Assembly (NCBI GenBank): GCA_043815505.1
Contig: JBDRIV010000003.1
Location: 128,239 to 183,517 of the forward strand
Origin: a bacterium
GTDB taxonomy: Bacteria; Patescibacteriota; JABMPQ01; JBDRIV01
Reading direction: 5' to 3'
DNA: 55,279 bases
The notes under the pieces are model-generated. The model was not told the DNA's origin. It saw only the letters and a program-made list of their open reading frames with translations, and made no database searches. Positions 48,350-55,279 of the stretch are shown in pieces (positions within the stretch are counted from its first letter, which is position 1; each line of letters begins with the position of its first letter). The translations under genes and the position numbers were made by a program.

Positions 48350-49103
48350 GATTAAGCGTCTACAAACAATCGTTCTTGCTGGCGGGAAAGGTACACGCAT
48401 GAAGTCATTTCTTCCCAAAGTGATGGTCGAGCTTGATGGGAAACCATTACTTGATCATGCTTTGGGAAATCTGATTGCTTCTAGTGTGGATGACAGTCCC
48501 CTAGTGGTGGTTGGATTTGGACGAGAAATTGTTCAAAAACATCTTGGTAATATGCGTACCTGTTGGCAATGGGAACAAAAAGGAACTGGTCATGCTGTAC
48601 AGTGCTGCCAAGAATTACTCGCCGGCAAGTGTGAAAACATTCTGACGCTGTATGGAGACATGCCTTTTGTAAGTCCTGCTACCATTCGAAAATTGGCTCA
48701 AACTCACATCAAATCAGAAGCCATTCTAACCATGGTAACAATCCAAGTTCCGGATTACCAAGATTGGCGACAGAGTCTTTATAGCCATGGACGAGTTCTG
48801 CGTAACGGCAATGGCGAGGTGATAGATGTCTGTGAAATAACGGATGCTAATTCCGAAATTCTTTGTCAGACGGAAGTTAATCCCAGCTTTTTCTGTTTTC
48901 AGGAAGAATGGTTGTGGCCAGCACTTCTAAAACTCCAAACCAATAATGCCTTAGGAGAAATCTATCTCACCGACTTGGTACGAATCGCTTTTTCTGAAGG
49001 TCGCACCGTAACCACAATTTTCGGTCAGTCAAGAGATGGTGTTGGTGTAAACAACTTGGAAGAGCTTGCAATCGCAACAAAAATAATTAAGGAGGAAAAT
49101 TAA
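48342..49103 (+). CDS. Sugar-phosphate nucleotidyltransferase (GlmU N-terminal domain only)
   Basis: LAGGKGTRMKS..PKV, QKGTGHA, YGD.P, EIYLTD, GVNN; no acetyltransferase hexapeptide domain. Confidence 0.88.
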   Translation: MSKIKRLQTIVLAGGKGTRMKSFLPKVMVELDGKPLLDHALGNLIASSVDDSPLVVVGFGREIVQKHLGNMRTCWQWEQKGTGHAVQCCQELLAGKCENILTLYGDMPFVSPATIRKLAQTHIKSEAILTMVTIQVPDYQDWRQSLYSHGRVLRNGNGEVIDVCEITDANSEILCQTEVNPSFFCFQEEWLWPALLKLQTNNALGEIYLTDLVRIAFSEGRTVTTIFGQSRDGVGVNNLEELAIATKIIKEEN

Positions 49104-49152
49104 CTGCGGGTGTGTCTAAAAGACTCACCCGCTTCTACTTTTTATAACCATC

Positions 49153-49761
49153 ATGAATATTATTCTAGATTTAGACCACACAATATATAATACTAACCAA
49201 TTTAAAAAAACGCTCGCTAAATGTGCTGTTGATTTAGGCGTGACTCCAAAAATGTTTTGGTTGGCTTATAACGAAATGAGAAAAAATGAAGCTTTTAGTC
49301 CAGAAATTTTAATTAAATATTTTCCGTCAGAATTTAAGAAAAATAAGTTAGCGCTGATTAAAAAATATCATCAAACCATAAAACAGGTTGGACAAAATAT
49401 TTATAAAGATGCGGAAACGTTTTTGCAATGGGCGAATAAAAATAAATGTTATATTGTTTTGTATACGTATGGTGAAATAAAAGTGCAACAAGAAAAAGCC
49501 CTGGCCCTAAAAAATAAATTTCAAATTAAAAAAGCGGTTATTACAAATGATAGAAAAAAACTCCGCGATTTTAATAAATGTAAAAATGGTAATAGCTGGA
49601 TCTGGATTGATGATTTTGATAGTGTTCCCGTTTCTGATAAGAAATTTAAAAGTGGTAAAATGATACAAATAAAACGCAAAAAAGATCGAGTGCGAAAAAA
49701 TAGAATTCCTCAAATTAAGAAATTAACTCAAGCCATAAAAATTATTGAAAAAATGGTATAA
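49153..49761 (+). CDS. HAD superfamily hydrolase
   Basis: DLDHT motif I, T.G motif II, K, IDD motif IV. Confidence 0.8.
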   Translation: MNIILDLDHTIYNTNQFKKTLAKCAVDLGVTPKMFWLAYNEMRKNEAFSPEILIKYFPSEFKKNKLALIKKYHQTIKQVGQNIYKDAETFLQWANKNKCYIVLYTYGEIKVQQEKALALKNKFQIKKAVITNDRKKLRDFNKCKNGNSWIWIDDFDSVPVSDKKFKSGKMIQIKRKKDRVRKNRIPQIKKLTQAIKIIEKMV

Positions 49762-50136
49762 TGGTAGAGAATTAAGTAATAAAAATAATTACAGTTTAAA
49801 CGAAGATCGAAAATTCGTTTAAAATAATATACAGTCAAAATTAGGAGCGGAGGTGAACATAGTGAGCCGAGCACGAATTTCGACTGAGAGTAAGAATTTA
49901 CGGAATTAAAAATTAAATATGGTGCGCAGTCGAGTGCAACGAGGCGAGCACATTTTTAATCGGAAAAAGGAGAAACAATACAATCAAAACTAGGCGCGGA
50001 CGAGTTTTATATTATTCAAATCAGGGGCGGAAAGCGAAGCTTGAGCACGGATTTGAATGGAAAGGAGAAACCGCTCGTAAGCGGAAGAAATCAAACATGT
50101 TTGATTTCGAAAGCTGAAGAGCTGTTTTGACGAAGA

Positions 50137-50217
50137 GCCGGGGTGGTGGAACGGCAGACACGCCAGCCTTAGGAGCTGGTTCCCTCTGGCGTGGAGGTTC
50201 AAATCCTCTCCCCGGCA
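50137..50217 (+). tRNA. tRNA-Leu(TAG)
   Basis: GCCGGGG/CCCCGGC acceptor; CCAGC-CT-TAG-GA-GCTGG; variable arm; GTTCAAATC; CCA not encoded. Confidence 0.95.
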
Positions 50218-50218
50218 T

Positions 50219-50320
50219 AAAAAAGAGTAAAGATTAAAGAGCAAAGATAAAAGAAAAAACCAAAAGAGTAAAGAGCAAAGAGTAAAGAGTAAAAAATCCG
50301 ATGACTGAAGGAGTAAAATA
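50219..50320 (+). repeat. Degenerate purine-rich heptamer array
   Basis: AAAGAGT/AAAGAGC/AAAGATT units; similar run at 24078-24110. Confidence 0.7.
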
Positions 50321-50513
50321 GCGACAACGGTTGTTATTGTTTAAACTATAATTTTAAAAGAAAAACCAATATAATATTGGTTATTTTTGTTAATAAGTGG
50401 CTTATTAGAGCCAAAAATATTATAAAAATCCAAAAAATATTGACAAATAATGTATAATATGACATACTCTAGTGTTAGTTTTAATGGATAAATGTATTTA
50501 GAAAGGACAAATA

Positions 50514-50777
50514 ATGAACTTTAAAACAATATCTGAAGTTGCAAAAAGAATGTCCTGGAAGGAAAGAATTTTTACCGTGCTTTTACTTGGTCTAATCTTG
50601 TCGCCAGTGGACATTTCGCCGGAGCTTTTTCTTGCGCCTTTGGGTCTTCTGCCTCTTGGTTTAGCAGATGATGCTGTTATGATTGCCACAGTGGCTCTCA
50701 GATACAGACATCATATAAAAAGCCTAGGGAGGCAACTAGAATTGGCTCAGAAAAAAATCACGAAACCTCAAAACTAA
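50514..50777 (+). CDS. DUF1232/YkvA-like small membrane protein
   Basis: LSPVDISPE....G..DD motif. Confidence 0.75.
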   Translation: MNFKTISEVAKRMSWKERIFTVLLLGLILSPVDISPELFLAPLGLLPLGLADDAVMIATVALRYRHHIKSLGRQLELAQKKITKPQN

Positions 50778-50930
50778 CATTTGGGAGAGGCGCTAATGTA
50801 GCCAACCTCTCCCCCATTTCCTTTTTCATCATTGTAAATCAAATTGGTTTATAAAAATGAGCAAAGAATAGTAAGTAGCTTGACAACTGAATAATATGGT
50901 TAAAACCATATAAATTACAAGGAGAAAGAG

Positions 50931-52172
50931 ATGATTGTGAAAAATCTGGTTACCAGTATTATGGGGAAAGAAAAAAACATCATTAACAAATTCATCGATG
51001 CGCTCGTGATCCCCGCTGATTGGATTCATTTCCGGTTCCTGCGGCTTCATAGAGTGCCGTGGTGGGTAAGAATGTTGATATGTTTCTTTCCTGATCTGAT
51101 TGACATTATCTCCCGGCTTACACTTGGTGTTACCCTTGAGGTGGCACTTGGTATGACGGGAATGGCCGCACCTATCCGGAATCTTCTGGATATTCCCATC
51201 TTGATCATCGGAGTTTTTTGTTGGGGATCATTTGGTCTCTGGCAAGCACTCGAAGGACTACTGACCTACCTACCTGGTATGGCTGGCTGGTTTTTCGACA
51301 TTGCTCCAACTTTGATGATCGGTGGTTACTTTTACAGAAAAGAAGTCATTCGCGGTCACTTTAATCCGGATGACATTAACGCCCAAAGGAGAAGAGCTAT
51401 GATGATGATGCCAGGTTGGGGTAGCAACTGGCCTTGGAAGGCCGGTTTTCCTGCTCTGCGTATTTCGATTTGCGCGGTAGGAATGTTCCTCATTTTTTGG
51501 GGAGTTAACCAGAATTGGGGAGTGTGGAAGTCAGCCGAATCCTATCGGGACGAAGTTTGGCAAAATGAAATCGTTTTCTCTCCTACCTACAAAATGGCTC
51601 ACGCCATTGATAGGGGTTCAGTGAAGAAAGATAAGGCTTGGTCGAAAACCAAGCAGGTGGTTGGCGAATATGCTGGTCCCGTTCTGGACGCAGCCAAGAC
51701 GGCGGCAAAAGGACTGGGAGAAGTTGCTGGTGAAGTCCGCAAGGATGTAGCCAACAAACTTAACAGTACGTATTCTACCGATCCGGGCGTCGATAAGATT
51801 GCCCACTATTTCGGTAGGGTTTTACAACCTTCGCCCGAAGAGGAAAAGAAGGTGGAAGTGCAATCACAATCACCTCCCGAAGAAGATGCTATTGAAATTT
51901 CCGACGAGATATCGGAGCGAAAAAGGGATGTTATGAAAAAACTTAAGTGCGGACCGGCAGTCGCCGACTTGTACTTGAGTAATGACGTCATGGAGTCAGC
52001 ACGCGATCGACGCGAAAGTGTTCGTTCGAGGGGGAAATATTACATTTTCCCAGGGCTGATTCTAATCTTCATTGGTTGTCTGGTTTACAATGCCGGCAAC
52101 CGGGAAGAGGTCAGAATCCCTCGCGGTGGAAACGCCAGCGGGAGAATAGATGACCTCGATATCGGATTGTAA
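50931..52172 (+). CDS. Hypothetical multi-pass membrane protein
   Basis: AGGAG RBS; several hydrophobic helices and a soluble loop. Confidence 0.75.
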   Translation: MIVKNLVTSIMGKEKNIINKFIDALVIPADWIHFRFLRLHRVPWWVRMLICFFPDLIDIISRLTLGVTLEVALGMTGMAAPIRNLLDIPILIIGVFCWGSFGLWQALEGLLTYLPGMAGWFFDIAPTLMIGGYFYRKEVIRGHFNPDDINAQRRRAMMMMPGWGSNWPWKAGFPALRISICAVGMFLIFWGVNQNWGVWKSAESYRDEVWQNEIVFSPTYKMAHAIDRGSVKKDKAWSKTKQVVGEYAGPVLDAAKTAAKGLGEVAGEVRKDVANKLNSTYSTDPGVDKIAHYFGRVLQPSPEEEKKVEVQSQSPPEEDAIEISDEISERKRDVMKKLKCGPAVADLYLSNDVMESARDRRESVRSRGKYYIFPGLILIFIGCLVYNAGNREEVRIPRGGNASGRIDDLDIGL

Positions 52173-52182
52173 GGAGGTTATT

Positions 52183-52788
52183 ATGGCGGACAAAGTGATA
52201 TGCAAAAAGTGTTCCGCAGAAACCTCTTCGATCGGAATAAAGCGAGAAGGTTACTGTGATGAATGCGGGTATCGCCTTCACGAAGGCGTACCCATGCTCA
52301 CGGTGGACATGTCGCATTTCGAGTGGACCTCATTGTGTCCATATTGTATGCATCCGCAGGACGACCCTATGCACGATTCCTGTGACAGGTGGAAATGTGA
52401 GAGTCCTTCTCTTACAATCGTCCTGTTCAACTACACACACGTTATTTGTGAGTTTTGCGGACGCGTCGACCAGATCGACGATTGGTGTGTAAAACACAAC
52501 CTTCCTTTTGTATTTACAACATACAAAGGAGAAAAGGTTGGTGTGTTTGGAAGCGAGAAATCGGCACTGAAGGTTTTTAACCGATTTTTCAGACCGATTG
52601 ATGCTCCTGTGAAAAATATCGGGGACGATAGTAAGCCCTGGCTTTTTCCCAATAAACACACTTGCAATGATTTCCTGCGCACGCAAATCTGCCAGCGCGG
52701 AAGTTGCCAACGCAAGGGTGGTTGCAGGCTGTACAGTCCAAACCCCATCGCAAGAGCGATGCAGGTTTATGGGGGTAAGAAAAAATGA
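52183..52788 (+). CDS. Cys-rich multi-zinc-finger protein
   Basis: AGGAGG RBS at 52172; CKKC, CDEC, CPYC, CEFC and further Cys. Confidence 0.72.
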   Translation: MADKVICKKCSAETSSIGIKREGYCDECGYRLHEGVPMLTVDMSHFEWTSLCPYCMHPQDDPMHDSCDRWKCESPSLTIVLFNYTHVICEFCGRVDQIDDWCVKHNLPFVFTTYKGEKVGVFGSEKSALKVFNRFFRPIDAPVKNIGDDSKPWLFPNKHTCNDFLRTQICQRGSCQRKGGCRLYSPNPIARAMQVYGGKKK

Positions 52789-54467
52789 GCAAGAATGATT
52801 TAATGAAAGCTGGTGGACGACTAGTGATGATTTCGATCATCCTGGGCGTCTTCTGTTTCTTCTTTTTCAAACTCAACTTCAGCTTTTGGAACTCGATTCT
52901 GGCTGAGGTTGCTCTGCTGGGTGCGCTTTACATCTTCATCAAATTCGACGGGTTCAGAAATGGGGTCGTCGATTTCTTCTCCACCTTGGGTGAGTCTCTT
53001 GGTGAAGATGGTGATAAAGCTGCTTCCACAGGCTCAATAGGGGGATCATTTGCTGGATTCTTAAATAGATTTTTCTCCTCCTTATGGCTAAAGATTCTGT
53101 CTATTCTGACCATGATAGCGGTGGCAATTGCCGCCTTCTATTTGTGGTCAGGGTTCAGAAACTGGCTTCTTTCCAAGGCTGGTATGGCGCTTATTGCCTG
53201 GTTGATTGTGCTGGCGGTTCTGCTTCTCATCATGAAGGCAAACCGCAAGGCCATGATCGCCTGGCTGATGATTTTAGCCATCACATTCCCTACCATCTGG
53301 CTTGTCCGGTATGGCTGGGAGAAAGCAACCGACGCATATACCGTCGAAGTAATTGTCGATGGTGCGAAGGTTTCGACCAAGCCCTTTGATCTTCCCTCAC
53401 TTCATTCTGGTGACAGAGTGGAATATCGGGTTAAGGGTAAAAGTCAGCTAACCAATAACCCCAACTCATTGAACGTTGGTCCTGACGGAGACGTTACCGA
53501 TGTTTGTGGAAATCGTCCCCGAGGCGAATTCCAGATTTTCCTCGAGAAAATCAATGTTGGCTCCGGGAGTGCTGGAGAGTTCACAGCGTTCAAATTCGGG
53601 AAACCGAACTTTGTCGTTAACAATCCGAACGCTGGCAAAGGTCACTTTACCGTGACTCTGACAGTGAACGGAGACAGTAAGTGGGCGCCCGCTCTGGTGA
53701 GTGAGGTGACTCCGACGGCAAAAAAAGTAATAACCGAGAAGAAGCGAATCTTCGGATTAAGTTTCTTCGTCCTCGTCATTTTGCTGATTGCCACTATTGG
53801 AATCAGGAAGGTGCCGTGGAAAGCTGCCCGAATCTTTCTCTGGATTTTCACATTCGTCATCCTCATTGGTTCGGTGGTATTGTCGGATGTGATGGAAGAA
53901 ACCAGAAATGATTTCAGGAATACGTATAACCTCTCCAATGCTGGAGAGGTGGATCTGGAAAAATTAATGTTCTGGAAGGGCGCGGAAATTGTCCCGGTTC
54001 CGATTGATATGGTTCCGGCAGTTGACGAAACAGAAATCGATACCTACGAGGTTCGAATTCCTGCCGATTTCAGCGATTGGGTGGAGGTGCCTGGTCTCAG
54101 TGAACTGCCCAACAACCACTATTTGGTAGCCACGGTAGTGAATGACTTCCAATACAAAATGGACCCAGAGAAGGAAGAATGGATCACGGCTGATGGTCTG
54201 CCGGGACAAATAGTTCGTTACGCGAACTTAACCGGCGGATCGAAGCTAAAAGCCCTTTTCCCTTGTCAGGATGCACTTCCGGGAGCGTTGATTGTTTCAA
54301 TTGACGACAAATCGTATTTAGCAGGGTCCGCATTTGCCGCCAAAGTTATCCGAGGCGGCAAAATCAAGGGGTTCGCGTTGAATCAAGTGTCATCGGCGGC
54401 CGTGGACAATGTTTCACGGAATGACCAACTGCTTATTCTAAAAGTGGAGGTTTTCTCAATCCCCTAA
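52785..54467 (+). CDS. Multi-TM protein with two soluble beta-sandwich (possibly LecA/PA-IL-like) domains
   Basis: About 7 TM; GD.VEYRVKG..GPDG and ADG..GALIVSI..YLAG segments; ATGA overlap. Confidence 0.72.
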   Translation: MSKNDLMKAGGRLVMISIILGVFCFFFFKLNFSFWNSILAEVALLGALYIFIKFDGFRNGVVDFFSTLGESLGEDGDKAASTGSIGGSFAGFLNRFFSSLWLKILSILTMIAVAIAAFYLWSGFRNWLLSKAGMALIAWLIVLAVLLLIMKANRKAMIAWLMILAITFPTIWLVRYGWEKATDAYTVEVIVDGAKVSTKPFDLPSLHSGDRVEYRVKGKSQLTNNPNSLNVGPDGDVTDVCGNRPRGEFQIFLEKINVGSGSAGEFTAFKFGKPNFVVNNPNAGKGHFTVTLTVNGDSKWAPALVSEVTPTAKKVITEKKRIFGLSFFVLVILLIATIGIRKVPWKAARIFLWIFTFVILIGSVVLSDVMEETRNDFRNTYNLSNAGEVDLEKLMFWKGAEIVPVPIDMVPAVDETEIDTYEVRIPADFSDWVEVPGLSELPNNHYLVATVVNDFQYKMDPEKEEWITADGLPGQIVRYANLTGGSKLKALFPCQDALPGALIVSIDDKSYLAGSAFAAKVIRGGKIKGFALNQVSSAAVDNVSRNDQLLILKVEVFSIP

Positions 54468-54479
54468 CACGTACCTTTT

Positions 54480-54533
54480 GCCCGCAGGTAGTTTTACTCA
54501 ACCGAGTAAGATTATCTTGCGGGCTTTTTCTTT
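54480..54533 (+). terminator. Intrinsic terminator
   Basis: GCCCGCAGGTAGTTTTACTC-AACC-GAGTAAGATTATCTTGCGGGC-TTTTT. Confidence 0.8.
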
Positions 54534-54703
54534 GTCAAAAAGTTATAAATAAAATAATTATTCCCTCCAACAGGCGGGCAGGCGGGCAGGCGCACGAATG
54601 ATTTCTTATAAAAATTAGCCCCAAAGTAGTTTAAAAATTTGGATAAAAGAAAACAGATGTCCATATGGGTACACCCGTTTTCTTATGAGTTTATGTAGTG
54701 TAG

Positions 54704-55096
54704 TTAAACTGTAGTTTCGTCGAATAGAGCAGATAGTACCCAGTCTGTTAGCAACCAGGCTATAACAACGATAACAACACCGATAATAGCGTACGTTAAA
54801 ATGTTTTTTCCTTGTTCGGCGCGCTCTTCATTGCCAGCAGCAGTGGCGTATGTTACACCACCATAAACTATTAAGCCCACTAAAATAATACCAACTATAC
54901 CAAGTAGCCAACGAATTATTGTTGCGGCAAATTCTTCCACTGTTCCAGTTCGAAGGTTTGAATCTTCTCCGATTTGAGTAACATCAGCTGGATCATCATT
55001 AATCTCAGCAGCATGAGATGTTAAAGGAACTAAAACAGGAACTGCTAGAACGGCAGCAATTGCCATTATTATTAAAGCTTTTTTCATTTTGTTCAC
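54704..55096 (-). CDS. CPR-type pilin (TrbC/VirB2-like)
   Basis: Signal peptide; IVYGGVTYATAAGNEERAEQGKNILTYAIIG; GGAGG RBS. Confidence 0.88.
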   Translation of the reverse strand: MNKMKKALIIMAIAAVLAVPVLVPLTSHAAEINDDPADVTQIGEDSNLRTGTVEEFAATIIRWLLGIVGIILVGLIVYGGVTYATAAGNEERAEQGKNILTYAIIGVVIVVIAWLLTDWVLSALFDETTV

Positions 55097-55117
55097 CTCC
55101 CTTCGAGTATTTTTTGA

Positions 55118-55279
55118 TTAAGGTGTTGGAACTGTATAAAACAAGGCACTTATGACAAAGTCAGCAATTATCCAAGCCACAACAACAATTACTACTCCAA
55201 TTATACTATAAGTTAAAACCTTCTTTCCTCTATCAACCTGTTCTTCATTGCCAGCGGATGTCATATATAGAAATCCTCC
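55118..55279 (-). CDS. Second CPR-type pilin (partial, 5' end outside window; absent from ORF track)
   Basis: Manual translation GGFLYMTSAGNEEQVDRGKKVLTYSIIGVIVVVAWIIADFVISALFYTVPTP-stop. Confidence 0.85.
   Translation of the reverse strand, partial: GGFLYMTSAGNEEQVDRGKKVLTYSIIGVVIVVVAWIIADFVISALFYTVPTP

Noticed and set aside
52256-54209. Many alternative-frame ORFs in the GC-richer operon
   Set aside because: Expected from lower stop-codon density; no RBS or motif support
50137-54540. Prophage or integrative element at tRNA-Leu
   Set aside because: No integrase, no phage genes and no duplicated tRNA 3' end seen
1-55279. Alternative genetic code (TGA recoding)
   Set aside because: Core genes are full length under the standard code and recF ends at TGA

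Overview
This looks like a chromosomal window from an AT-rich Patescibacteria (CPR) bacterium. The inference rests on tandem TrbC/VirB2-type pilins, an archaeal-type PGI/PMI, TrmB, GPGGGP FG-GAP proteins, mostly SD-less core genes and CPR-style palindromic repeats. Bases 1-11 kb are an accessory/defence region. It holds a MazG-like + PUA-PD-(D/E)XK + SRA-like-HNH operon, a Fic gene, a Doc-type TA pair and orphan genes, separated by a three-copy modular structured repeat. Bases 11-20 kb carry a cobalamin riboswitch over a DUF4430 gene, PfkB kinases, surface proteins, tRNA-Glu and an M23 peptidase. Bases 20-36 kb are core: tsaD, dnaA, dnaN, yebC, ruvC, an inserted 7TM/ATP-grasp/aspartyl-protease module, recF, dciA, a darA-like gene, yceD, PBP1A and tyrS. 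Bases 36-50 kb are carbohydrate genes around a DnaA-box-rich intergenic region at about 46.0-46.5 kb (candidate oriC, about 24 kb from dnaA). Bases 50-55 kb contain a structured leader plus tRNA-Leu, an orphan membrane-protein operon and pilins. The best leads are the non-coding elements (repeat-bounded cassettes, promoter-boxA-SD units, MITE-like ends abutting promoters, a triple-hairpin RNA), the modified-DNA restriction operon and the peptide-ligase module. All calls come from motif reading by eye; no searches were run.
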